Origin: an uncultured Christensenella sp.
GTDB taxonomy: Bacteria; Bacillota; Clostridia; Christensenellales; UBA3700
NCBI GenBank assembly: GCA_949287655.1
Contig: CASEHD010000006.1
Location: forward strand, 9,126-73,125
DNA length: 64,000 nt
Reading direction: 5' to 3'
This document shows, in pieces, positions 40,259 to 49,493 of this stretch. The translations under genes and the position numbers were made by a program. Numbering within the stretch: the stretch's first letter is position 1; the number at the start of each line of letters is the position of its first letter. Below the pieces are notes generated by a model. That model saw nothing but the letters and a program-made list of their open reading frames with translations, had not been told where the DNA came from and did not search any database.

Positions 40259-41206
40259 TCATTGAAGCAGCAGAGCCGCCGCGCCCAGTATACCCGCGTC
40301 GTTTTGCAGGGAAGCTATCTTTACCTCTACGCGCGGGTTGAATTTTGCGCCGAAAGACTCTTTGTCCATCATCTTCTGAAGAGGTACGGTCAGACGGTCT
40401 CTTTCCTTTGAGATCGCGCCGCCCAGCAGGATAACGTCGGGGCGGAAGATGTTGGCGAGGTTGATAAGTCCTTCACCTATGTATCTTATATAATTGTCGA
40501 CGACTTTCTGAGCCGTCTTATCGCCGCGTTTAGCCGCTACGAAAGAGGTCATACCGCTGACTTTGCCTTCCTTTTCGGCTTCCTCGTGCATAAGGGAAGA
40601 GGGGTCGGTCTCCATCGCCGCCTTTGTCTGGCGGATAAGCGCGCTTACCGAAGCGTACGCTTCCCAGCAGCCCTTTCTGCCGCAGTTGCACTTTTCGCCG
40701 TCGACGACGATGACCATATGTCCGGGTTCCGCGCCCGCGCACTCTCTGCCTTCGAACAGCTTGCCGTTGATTATGAAGCCGCCGCCGACGCCTGTGCCCA
40801 GGGTCACGAACACGACGTCGTTATAGCCTTTGCCCGCGCCGAAGACCTGTTCGCCCAGAGCGGCGCAGTTCGCGTCGTTGTTTATCTTTATAGGCACGTC
40901 GAAGTACTTTTTGAGCTCGTCGACGACGGGCACGTTTTCGAGAGCGATGTTGTTGCTGTAACGTATGACGCCGCGCGCCGAATCGATCGCACCCGGCTGA
41001 CCGATGCCGATGCCTTCGATATCTTCGATCGTCGCGTCGCCCGCCTGCATCGTACCCTCGATGACCTTGCGGATATCTTCGCTTATGCTGTAATTTTTAT
41101 CGTACACGTTGGTGGGTACGGTAAATCTTGCGACGATCTTACCGTTTTTGGCGACGAGACCGCCTTTGATGCTCATACCTCCGACGTCAACACCGATGTA
41201 ATACAT
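40259..41206 (-). CDS. glcK: ROK-family glucokinase
   Basis: YIGVDVGGMSIKGG ATP motif; ROK zinc motif CNCGRKGCWEAY. Confidence 0.85.
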   Translation of the reverse strand: MYYIGVDVGGMSIKGGLVAKNGKIVARFTVPTNVYDKNYSISEDIRKVIEGTMQAGDATIEDIEGIGIGQPGAIDSARGVIRYSNNIALENVPVVDELKKYFDVPIKINNDANCAALGEQVFGAGKGYNDVVFVTLGTGVGGGFIINGKLFEGRECAGAEPGHMVIVVDGEKCNCGRKGCWEAYASVSALIRQTKAAMETDPSSLMHEEAEKEGKVSGMTSFVAAKRGDKTAQKVVDNYIRYIGEGLINLANIFRPDVILLGGAISKERDRLTVPLQKMMDKESFGAKFNPRVEVKIASLQNDAGILGAAALLLQ

Positions 41207-41244
41207 AAAAATATCTCCTTGATACCGTATTTTTTATAAAACCG

Positions 41245-41937
41245 TCACCAATGCAGGCGGCGTTCCATTTCTTCGAGAAATTCTTTGCGCGCGAAAATCA
41301 GCACGCATGCTATGACGGCGGCGCAGAGACCCGCGCATATCGCGCTGACGAGCGCTTTCTGCACCAGACCGACCGCGTAAAGTATTATCGGCACGAAGCC
41401 GATCAGCGACAGGAAAAGAGTGTCGTATAACAGAGCCTTGTTCCTGCGCACGACCGCGCACGAAATTATGCCCAGGGTCAACACCGATATCATTATGATA
41501 AGGGGCAGGGCAAGGTCGAGAAGCCAGTACGTATCCGTCATAACGTCGTCGAATATTACCTGCGCCAGCCACAAAATAAGCACCACCATCACGATCTGCC
41601 AGAAAGCCTTTATCCACGCGCTGTTGTTGCTCATAACGGTGTTCCTTATCGTCAGGAATCCGTAAAGAAGCACCGCGCCGACCATCAAAAACCAGTTGGG
41701 ATGCTGTTTTAACCCCAGGTTGACCGCCAGACAGACGAGGAAAATTATCACGGCTGTCGCCAGATATATGTTGGTCAGCGTGAAATGCGTGTGCTTTCTG
41801 CGCTCCGATTTACGCGTTTTGGGCGGGAAGGCGGGAGAGAGGGACTCGTCCTGTTCCTCGGGCGAAATAAGCTCGTGGCATAGCGGGCAGATATGAGTCT
41901 TGCAGTCCACTTCGACGTTACAGAATTTGCATCGCAT
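41245..41937 (-). CDS. membrane protein with an N-terminal zinc ribbon
   Basis: MRCKFCNVEVDCKTHICPLCH followed by about 5 TM segments; start overlaps the upstream gene by 20 nt. Confidence 0.65.
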   Translation of the reverse strand: MRCKFCNVEVDCKTHICPLCHELISPEEQDESLSPAFPPKTRKSERRKHTHFTLTNIYLATAVIIFLVCLAVNLGLKQHPNWFLMVGAVLLYGFLTIRNTVMSNNSAWIKAFWQIVMVVLILWLAQVIFDDVMTDTYWLLDLALPLIIMISVLTLGIISCAVVRRNKALLYDTLFLSLIGFVPIILYAVGLVQKALVSAICAGLCAAVIACVLIFARKEFLEEMERRLHW

Positions 41938-43234
41938 CTTCGTCCACCTCCCAGAAATTCGACGTCACTTTCAGATCTATCCCGAAATCGGTCAGATAGC
42001 GCGCGAAGCGCTTTTCTATCTCAGTATCCGTAATGGTGCGCGTAAAATTTATGCACATCGTGTCGTACGCCGTCGCCGCCGTTATCGTGACGGGGCAGGC
42101 GTTGTTCGCCGTTATACCGAAGCCGATGTCCTTGATATACGGTCTGAAACTTTCGGGAAGAGAGAGCACGCCGACGCTCGAAAAAGTCGCGGTCTTTTTG
42201 TTCTTGCCGAAGAAAAGATTGGATATCTTGAAAATAAGCCGTTTCATAAACAGCGGCAGTAGTCTCATAGGCAGGAATTTTTCGGCATAGACTGTCGTCG
42301 ATATCTTGTCAGACAGCACCTCTTTCCGGGTGTCGCGTTTAAGACATTCGTGGATCGTTGAGGTCAGAGATTCAAGCGTCATTTCGTCGCTTGCGGTCAC
42401 GCCTATGCGCGAAAACAGCGAAAAATTCCTCAGGGTCACGGAAGAGAATATTTTTCTCAGATTTATCGGCACGAAAAGCTGTATGTCCTGCGGAGGCAGG
42501 CTTTCGGGCTTTATTTTTGTCTCGTAAACGCTCAGCATGAACAGCGCGCCGATCATCTCGGTGACAGTACAGTTGTGCTCGCGGCAGACCGCGACGAATT
42601 GCTTTGCCGGCGCGTACATATTTATCACGCCCTTGCCGGCGTTTTCGAAACGTATGCCGGATATGCGGTAAGACTTCTTGCCTTTGAGAGAGCTTATCGT
42701 CAGATCCTTTATCTTCTTTTTCTTGTAATTGGTCAGAAAACTGTCCTCGTATTCGCGCGGATTTACCGGCGAGCCCACGGTCAGCACTTTCTGTTCGCCG
42801 TCGACGGGGCAGCCCTTGAGAGTAAAATAGGTGAAAAGCAGACTTTTAACGAATTCCGCCGCGCCTGTGCCGTCCGTCAGCGCGTGGAAGAAATCGGCGT
42901 ATATCACGTTTTTATAGCAGCTTATCCTGAAACAGAAGCCGCCGCAATTGGAAGCGGTGATCTTTTTCATCACAATCGGGTCGGCGTCGTAGACCTGCGG
43001 TTTGCCGCCGTGCTGCTCGAAATAAAACCAGAAGACGCCGCGCTTCAACATTACGTTCATCGAAGGGAAGCGTTTTATAGTGATCTCCAACGCGCGTTGC
43101 AGCGCCTCTTTATCGACGTCGTCGTTGAGGCGCACGAAGATATTGAACAAGTTCTGATTCTGCTTGTCCGCCATCATTGGGAATATTTTTGCGCTGTTGT
43201 CCAGCCTCAGCCACTTCGCCGTTTTCTCAGACAT
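41918..43234 (-). CDS. condensation-domain-like acyltransferase (HxxxDG family)
   Basis: FHALTDGTGAAEF matches the HxxxDG catalytic motif of condensation, alcohol-acetyltransferase and PapA5-like enzymes; 438 aa. Confidence 0.6.
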   Translation of the reverse strand: MSEKTAKWLRLDNSAKIFPMMADKQNQNLFNIFVRLNDDVDKEALQRALEITIKRFPSMNVMLKRGVFWFYFEQHGGKPQVYDADPIVMKKITASNCGGFCFRISCYKNVIYADFFHALTDGTGAAEFVKSLLFTYFTLKGCPVDGEQKVLTVGSPVNPREYEDSFLTNYKKKKIKDLTISSLKGKKSYRISGIRFENAGKGVINMYAPAKQFVAVCREHNCTVTEMIGALFMLSVYETKIKPESLPPQDIQLFVPINLRKIFSSVTLRNFSLFSRIGVTASDEMTLESLTSTIHECLKRDTRKEVLSDKISTTVYAEKFLPMRLLPLFMKRLIFKISNLFFGKNKKTATFSSVGVLSLPESFRPYIKDIGFGITANNACPVTITAATAYDTMCINFTRTITDTEIEKRFARYLTDFGIDLKVTSNFWEVDEDAMQIL

Positions 43235-43759
43235 AGTTTAAGTATATCATAATCGCGCAAATAAATGAACAGAAAAAGAAAAAATATTGAGCGCGCGCCG
43301 TCGTTTTCCGGAAAGCGGCGGCGATATTGCCCTGTTTCAGACAAAAAAGGGCTCATCCGCGTATCGAGCGCGGGGTAAGGGCATATAATCGGGTATGCAG
43401 ATATACGAATACGTCGCCTGTCATTTCGTCGGTTTTTCGCTTTCTCTTCTGACGTTGTACGTATCGGGCGTGAAAAAGAAGGCGGCTTTTTATTTTTTTG
43501 CAGTCAATTCGCTCTGCGGGCTGCTGTCGTCGCTGTTTTTTATCGCGCTTGAAAAGGCGGACTCTCTGTTTGTCCTCGCCGGCGGACTTTTCGGCGCGGC
43601 GGGGCAGGCGGCGTTGAGTTTATTCCGCTTGCTGCAGTCGGCTGTATGAAGGGAGTGAAAGACGGCTGAACGGGGAAAAGGGGAGAGAAACGGGTAAACG
43701 CCGCAAGACGACAAAAAAAAGACGGCTTTAACGCCGTCTTTTTTGCAAAAGCATTTTTA

Positions 43760-44332
43760 TTACGCCATTTCCGAACCCTTCGCGATCAGCTGCTGTACCA
43801 GCTCTATGATCTTGTCTATCGGGTTGTTTTCCACGAGGAATTTACCGACAGGCTCGCTCTGCGCGTTGGTGATGAAATACTGGAACGTATCGAAATTTTC
43901 CGCAAGCTTTATCACGATAAACGCAACCATGATGCCGAGCAGGGCAGCCTTTGCCATGCCCAGGATGCCGCCGAAGAATTTGCTCCAGCCGCCCGGGCAC
44001 TTGCGCAGGAACAGCCGCTTTATCAGCCCGACCACGATCGCAAGCACGATCCAGATCACGATGAACAGCACGACGTATATTACAGTCTGCTGTATCGACG
44101 CGTCCAATTCCGCCAAAAAAGGTATTTTCTCGGCGACGAGAGGCTGTACGAATCCGACCGCAAACGCAGAACCGAACACGACGCCCGCCATCTTTATCAG
44201 ACCGAGAAGTTCAACGCCGAAACCTTTGAAAAGACCGGCGATAAGTCCGAGAAGCGCGAACACCGCAAGGACTATCGTCAGGTACGATATCGGAAGTTCG
44301 GGCAAAGAACTGAAATCGAAACCAAGTATCAT
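43760..44332 (-). CDS. cvpA: CvpA-family membrane protein
   Basis: About 190 aa, 4 TM; N-terminal ...ISYLTIVLAVFALLGLIAGLFKGF pattern typical of colicin V production protein homologues. Confidence 0.65.
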   Translation of the reverse strand: MILGFDFSSLPELPISYLTIVLAVFALLGLIAGLFKGFGVELLGLIKMAGVVFGSAFAVGFVQPLVAEKIPFLAELDASIQQTVIYVVLFIVIWIVLAIVVGLIKRLFLRKCPGGWSKFFGGILGMAKAALLGIMVAFIVIKLAENFDTFQYFITNAQSEPVGKFLVENNPIDKIIELVQQLIAKGSEMA

Positions 44333-44853
44333 TATTGTTACACCCTCCGTTATTTTAACCGTTGCCGCTCCGTTTTATTCTCACGCGCCCCGGGACACGT
44401 CGGAACGGATAAATAGATTACAAGTATCACCAAAGGATATAACCTTCGGCTCTAATAATACTTTACCAAAGATTTTGCCGTATGTCAAGGCTTAAAACAA
44501 AATAAAAAAATTAATAACGCAAAATTATTGTAAAATCCGCGTATAAATCGTTTAAAACGCACTCAACGGGCGCAGTCGTCCGACAATACGCAAAAGAGAA
44601 TGAAAGGACGCAAAAGGCTGCTGCAAAAAGATCTTTTGATAAGGTCAAAAGAAAGACGGGTGCCGGTCGTCTTTTGGAAAACAGAGGGTAAGGACCGTCG
44701 AGGAATCAATGTTTAAAACTTTTATTCAAAAAAACGCGGAGAAGAGGTCGGAGAGGGTGAAAAAAACCGATCTCTTCAGGGGTAAAAGAAAAATGGCAGA
44801 GATCACCTTTACGAGGCGGAATAAAATGCGGCTTTTCAGGCAATAATCGCGGT

Positions 44854-45300
44854 ATGGAAAAGAAGAAGAAAATCGTTTTCGTATGCGTCGGAACTCCTAA
44901 GATAGCGGGAGACAGTCTGGGACCGCTGGTCGGCGAAGAGCTCAGAAAGCGTAACGTAAACGCTTACGTTTACGGCACGCTCCGCCGCCCGATAACTGCA
45001 CTTAACCTACACAGGTACAGAAAAATGCTCAGCACGTACCACCGCGGCGACATCGTCGTCGCGGTAGACGCGACGATGGGAGCTTTGGAGGACGTCGGGA
45101 AGCTGAAGGTCGTCGAGGGCGGACTGCGACCCGCCGGAGCGTTCAGAAAAAACGCCGGAAAGCTGGGAGATATAGGCATAATGGCGATAGTGGGGGAAAG
45201 GGAAGGAGATATGCTTCTGCAGCTCAAAACGGCGGATCCCGCCTTTATCCGCAGGCTGGCGGACGACGTTGCGGATCTGCTGGTTTCTGTCAATTATTAA
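44854..45300 (+). CDS. yyaC: YyaC-like sporulation protein (putative spore protease family)
   Basis: IVFVCVGTPKIAGDSLGPLVGEEL ... VAVDATMG ... IGIMAIVG resemble YyaC/GPR-type sequence. Confidence 0.7.
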   Translation: MEKKKKIVFVCVGTPKIAGDSLGPLVGEELRKRNVNAYVYGTLRRPITALNLHRYRKMLSTYHRGDIVVAVDATMGALEDVGKLKVVEGGLRPAGAFRKNAGKLGDIGIMAIVGEREGDMLLQLKTADPAFIRRLADDVADLLVSVNY

Positions 45301-45431
45301 CGTTTTTTTAATCTCCATTTTACATGTTGATTACCCAATAGTGGTTGACTATTCCCACGGATTAATATATTATTTATATACAATGGGCCGCGGGAATATT
45401 CTGCGGTCTGCCGCAATTTTTCGGAGGTAAA

Positions 45432-47666
45432 ATGAGTAAAAAGGCCGGAATAATCAGAACAGTCATCGTCATAGTCGCGCTGATCGCGCTGATCGTACTG
45501 ATATGGGTGATGCTCGGCACGGGTAAGAAACCCGCCGAACTGCCGTACGACGGAAGCGACGATTCTTTCGTGACTATGCTTGAAAACGGTGAGATACAGG
45601 CGGTTTACGTCGTCAACGGAAGCGACGCTTATATATTGAAAAAGAATTCAGCTACCGATTACGAAACGTTTAAAAAGAACCCCGCCAAAGCCGCGGATTA
45701 CCACGTTGAAACGGGCGGATATGCCGCGATATTGCAACTCTTCGACGATCTCAGAGAGGTGGAGGGCGCGACGGTGCCCGAACTTACGCTGCACTACGAA
45801 ACGGGCGTCAGCTGGACGTCGATCGTCTTCCCGTTGATAATGCTGCTGCTTCTCGGCGGTACGATCTTCTTTATCATTAAGCAGAACGCCGGCGCGAATA
45901 AGCAGGCGATGAACTTCGGCAAGACGAAGGCGAGAATGACGATGAGCACGAACGTCAAATTCTCGGACGTCGCGGGCGCGGAAGAGGAAAAAGAAGAGCT
46001 CAAAGAGATTGTCGATTTTCTTAAGAATCCGCAGAAATTCAGCGACCTCGGCGCGCGTATCCCCAAGGGCGTGCTTCTCGTAGGTCCCCCCGGTACGGGT
46101 AAGACTTTGTTCGCAAAGGCGGTTGCCGGCGAAAGCAACGTGCCGTTCTTCTCGATAAGCGGCTCGGACTTCGTCGAAATGTTCGTCGGCACGGGCGCGG
46201 CGAGAGTAAGAGACCTGTTCGATCAGGCAAAGCGCAATATGCCGTGTATCGTCTTTATCGACGAAATTGACGCGGTGGGTCGTCAGAGAGGCGCGGGCCT
46301 CGGCGGCGGTCACGACGAAAGAGAGCAGACCCTCAACCAGCTTCTCGTACAGATGGACGGTTTTGAAAAGAACGAGGGCATAATAATCATGGCGGCGACC
46401 AACCGCGCGGATATCCTCGACCCGGCGCTTTTGAGACCGGGCAGATTCGACCGTCAGATATACGTCAATATCCCCGACGTGAAAGGCAGAGAGGAGATAT
46501 TCAAGGTGCACAGCCGCAACAAACCTCTCGCGCCCGACGTCTCTTTCAAGATATTGGCGCGTATGACCAGCGGCTTCAGCGGCGCGGATATCGCCAACCT
46601 TCTCAACGAAGCGGCGATCCTTGCGGCGAGAGCGGGCAGAAAGGTCATCGTTATGGAAGATATCTTAGAGGGCATCAACAAGGTCATCGCGGGTCCGCAG
46701 AAGAAGAGCCGCATAGTCACCGACAGCGACAAGAGGATAACCGCGTACCACGAGGCGGGTCACGCGATAATCGCAAGGCTCCTGCCCGGTTGCGACGAGG
46801 TGCAGGAAGTCAGCATTATCCCCAGAGGCGCGGCGGCAGGCTATACGCTCACCCGTCCCGATACCGACGACAGCCACGTGACCAAAAACAAACTGCTCGA
46901 CAACATCGTAATGATGCTGGGCGGCAGAGCGGCTGAGCAGATCGTCATTCACGACATATCCACCGGCGCGAGCAACGATATCGAGCGCGCCAGCGGCATA
47001 GCCCGCAAAATGGTTACAGAATGGGGTATGAGCGAACAGCTGGGCAATATGTTCCTGGGCGGCAGCAAAGAGGTGTTCCTCGGCAGAGACTACGGCACGA
47101 CTCATTCGTACAGCGAAAAGCTGGGCGGCATAATCGACAGCGAGGTAAAACGTATTCTCGACGAAAGCTATGACCGCGCGCTGACTTTGATAAAAGAGCA
47201 CAGGTCGGTAATGGACAATATGGTCAGGGTGCTTTTCGCGAAGAACACGATATATACCGACGAGGTCGAGATGCTTTTCGAAGGCAATAGCGCGGAAGAT
47301 GTGATAAAAGCCATCGACGAAAGGCAGGCTAAGCACCGGACTTACCGCTACGATTACGAGCCGAAGCGCGAAGCGCAAGAAGCGAAGATAATCAGCGCGG
47401 GCGAGTTCGTGGAGAGCGAGAACGCTAAGGACAAGGCGGCAAAGACGGACGAAAGCAAAGCAAAAGAGCCGGAAACCGCTGTAAACATTAAGCCTTCCGC
47501 GGAAGAAAAACCCGCAGAAGAAACGAAGGCGGAAGAAAAGCCCGCAGACGGAAAGAGCGTGGAAGAAACGCCCGCCGAAAACAAACCCGCGACCGCCAAA
47601 AAGCCGAGAAAGGCTCCCGCGAAGAAGGACGATAAACCCGCAGGCGGAGACGACAGCGAGGAATAA
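45432..47666 (+). CDS. ftsH: ATP-dependent zinc metalloprotease FtsH
   Basis: Walker [18 protein letters not shown] zinc motif; K/E/A/P-rich C-terminal tail. Confidence 0.97.
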   Translation: MSKKAGIIRTVIVIVALIALIVLIWVMLGTGKKPAELPYDGSDDSFVTMLENGEIQAVYVVNGSDAYILKKNSATDYETFKKNPAKAADYHVETGGYAAILQLFDDLREVEGATVPELTLHYETGVSWTSIVFPLIMLLLLGGTIFFIIKQNAGANKQAMNFGKTKARMTMSTNVKFSDVAGAEEEKEELKEIVDFLKNPQKFSDLGARIPKGVLLVGPPGTGKTLFAKAVAGESNVPFFSISGSDFVEMFVGTGAARVRDLFDQAKRNMPCIVFIDEIDAVGRQRGAGLGGGHDEREQTLNQLLVQMDGFEKNEGIIIMAATNRADILDPALLRPGRFDRQIYVNIPDVKGREEIFKVHSRNKPLAPDVSFKILARMTSGFSGADIANLLNEAAILAARAGRKVIVMEDILEGINKVIAGPQKKSRIVTDSDKRITAYHEAGHAIIARLLPGCDEVQEVSIIPRGAAAGYTLTRPDTDDSHVTKNKLLDNIVMMLGGRAAEQIVIHDISTGASNDIERASGIARKMVTEWGMSEQLGNMFLGGSKEVFLGRDYGTTHSYSEKLGGIIDSEVKRILDESYDRALTLIKEHRSVMDNMVRVLFAKNTIYTDEVEMLFEGNSAEDVIKAIDERQAKHRTYRYDYEPKREAQEAKIISAGEFVESENAKDKAAKTDESKAKEPETAVNIKPSAEEKPAEETKAEEKPADGKSVEETPAENKPATAKKPRKAPAKKDDKPAGGDDSEE

Positions 47667-47692
47667 TGCACCTGATATCCAAAAAGCAAAAA

Positions 47693-47715
47693 GCCACCCA
47701 AAAGGGCGGCTTTTT
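47693..47715 (+). terminator. intrinsic terminator after ftsH
   Basis: gccaccc-aaaa-gggcggc followed by ttttt (one mismatch in the stem). Confidence 0.55.
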
Positions 47716-47748
47716 CATTGTCTTTTAAAACGTTATCCGGTAAAACCG

Positions 47749-48128
47749 TCAGTCTATACAGAGTATATGATTGGCGTCGACGTCGAGAAGTTTGCACAGA
47801 TTGGCGAGAGTGTCGAGCGCAGGCATTGCCCGACCCGAAAGATATTGCCCTACGGTCGGTTGTTTATAATACCAGACCGGAACAATACGAACCGGGTTTA
47901 AAGCGGCAAATTTTCGTAGCTACTGTGTTAAATGCCTTGATAATTATACTATTACCTGCGGCATTTGCCTTGTATCAACAAAAATTTGCCTGCTTAAAAC
48001 TGCAAGCCCCCTAAGGGCGGGTTCGTATTGCTCCGGTCTGGTTTTCCCGGTTTTTCTGCAAGCTGCGTTTGCGTATTACTTTTTATAACATTGATAAGCC
48101 TTTCTCTTATTTGTTAGATTGTGACCAT
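47749..48128 (-). pseudogene. XRE-family HTH regulator gene disrupted by MITE copy D and a premature stop
   Basis: Minus strand: GGAG RBS, then ATG GTC ACA ATC TAA, then QIRERLINVIKSNTQTQLAEKPGK | MITE | KQPTVGQYLSGRAMPALDTLANLCKLLDVDANHILCID*. Confidence 0.7.
47870..48043 (-). mobile_element. MITE-like element, copy D (174 bp, inverted orientation)
   Basis: taccagaccggaacaatacgaacc ... ggttcgtattgctccggtctggtt; the internal right-end module is the reverse complement of that in copies A-C; flanks are aa/tt rather than TA/TA. Confidence 0.75.
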
Positions 48129-48320
48129 ATTGCGCTCCTTTTTATATAATTGTAAAAGCAATGCCTATAAATATTTTTTCATACCTGCAAAGCTTACGTC
48201 ATTATATGTCAAAGCAAAATTATGAATACAAATAAAGGGCAGAGGAAGAAGCGAATATCGGAAAAAGCGGAAAAAGATTTAAAATACTTATCGGAGAAAC
48301 TCGATAACGACTGAATAAAG

Positions 48321-48349
48321 TTGACAGTCCGCATTAACCGCGCTATACT
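48321..48349 (+). promoter_or_regulatory. near-consensus sigma-A promoter
   Basis: TTGACA-17 nt-TATACT, about 185 nt upstream of the FMN riboswitch aptamer. Confidence 0.6.
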
Positions 48350-48535
48350 GATTTTACAAAGACCGTAACCGGAACATAAGAAAACGTTTCCAAACGACGG
48401 ATTTTGCTGTGTGTTTTGGCGACACGAACGAAGATAACGGTATACATATTTTCAAGTGAGCGTCGGCAAAAGACACGTCAAAGACGCGTATCAGAAACGC
48501 GTTTATATGCTTTCGTTGCGGTATAAAAAATAAAT

Positions 48536-48659
48536 ATTCTTTGGGCAAGCGTAAAGCTGACCGGTGGTAATGCCGCCTCTGTGCGGACGAGTCCGACAAC
48601 CTCAATAGCTGATACGGTGAGATCCCGTAACCGCCTGTAAAGTCAGAATGGGAAAGAAT
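48536..48659 (+). ncRNA. FMN riboswitch (RFN element) aptamer
   Basis: P1 attcttt/aaagaat. GGGCAAGCGTAAAGCTGACCGGTGGTA aligns with RFN GGGGCAGGGUG.AAAU.CCCGACCGGCGGUA. GAGTCCGACAACC aligns with GAGCCCGUGACCC. CGGTGAGATCCCGTAACCGCCTGTAAAGTCAGAATGGGAAAGAA aligns with CGGUGAGAUUCC..AGCCGACAGU.AAAGUCUGGAUGGGAGAAGA. Confidence 0.7.
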
Positions 48660-48702
48660 GTTGAACGGCGCACGTCGTGCGTTGATTTTGCGTTTTTACT
48701 TG

Positions 48703-48730
48703 CCCGTTGCGTATTCCGCGACGGGTTTTT
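48703..48730 (+). terminator. riboswitch expression-platform terminator
   Basis: cccgttgcg-tattc-cgcgacggg followed by ttttt, 55 nt before the start codon. Confidence 0.7.
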
Positions 48731-48784
48731 CACGTCTTATTCAGGCGTTTTGCTTTTTGCCTTCCCGAAGAAAAAGGAGAGTTT

Positions 48785-49408
48785 ATGACTTACAGGACGA
48801 AAAAACTTGCGCTTACCGCGCTCATGTCCGCGCTTGCCGCGGTGCTTACGCTCGTATCCGTTCCCCTCCCCGGCGGCGGGTATTACAATTTCGGCGACGT
48901 CGCGATATTTATCGCAGCCGCTGCCTTAGGACCTCTCGCAGGAGCGCTGGTCGGAGGACCGGGCGGCGCGCTGGGCGACCTTATCCTCGGCTATACCTTT
49001 TACGCGCCGTTTACCCTCGTGATAAAGGCTATCGAAGGTCTGCTTGCGGGATCGCTTTTCAAAGTATTTAAAAAGGCGTTTATAAAGGAAGAGAAAAGGG
49101 GGAAAAAGATAATTTTTTCAACTCTTTCAAACTTAGTCGGCGGACTCGTTATGGCGGCGGGGTATTTTCTTGCGGAAGGACTGCTGCTTGCAGAAGGAAA
49201 GTGGCAGGGCGGGCTTGTCAATCTGCCGTGGAACGCGCTGCAAGGCGCGGTCAGTGCGGTAGTCGCGCCCGTTATCCTGTTCGCGTGCCGTCTCGAAAAT
49301 GTGATAAACAAGACTTTGAATTATCCGCGCAAGAAGTCGGACGGCGGGAACAATGACGGCGCCGAAGAGACGAAAGATGAACGCGAAAACACGAACGTCA
49401 AAGGTTAA
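48785..49408 (+). CDS. ECF transporter S component (FMN-riboswitch-controlled, probably riboflavin uptake)
   Basis: AAAGGAGAG RBS; about 207-aa protein with about 6 TM segments; GGYYNFGDVAIFIAAAALGP...LGDLILGY pattern of ECF S components; substrate inferred only from the upstream RFN element. Confidence 0.75.
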   Translation: MTYRTKKLALTALMSALAAVLTLVSVPLPGGGYYNFGDVAIFIAAAALGPLAGALVGGPGGALGDLILGYTFYAPFTLVIKAIEGLLAGSLFKVFKKAFIKEEKRGKKIIFSTLSNLVGGLVMAAGYFLAEGLLLAEGKWQGGLVNLPWNALQGAVSAVVAPVILFACRLENVINKTLNYPRKKSDGGNNDGAEETKDERENTNVKG

Positions 49409-49493
49409 CGGATAGTTATTGACACCGCGGCGGCAAACAATTATAATATAGATAAGGCAACGCGGCAGCAAAAATCATTGACAGGAGAAAAGT

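Noticed and set aside
43395-43649. 84-aa hydrophobic ORF
   Set aside because: It is a plausible small membrane protein, but it has no Shine-Dalgarno sequence and no recognisable family. The evidence is too weak to annotate.
43743-44495. 250-aa ORF on the plus strand
   Set aside because: Antisense to the CvpA-family gene, with a low-complexity S/T/P-rich translation. The minus-strand membrane protein is the better model.
45648-46511. 287-aa ORF on the minus strand
   Set aside because: Antisense to ftsH. Shadow ORF.
48536-48659. Alternative riboswitch classes for this leader (cobalamin, TPP, c-di-AMP ydaO, T-box)
   Set aside because: Each shares only one short fragment, such as GGTGGTAATGCC or TCCGACA. 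The order of all conserved blocks and the P1 pairing fit the FMN (RFN) element instead.
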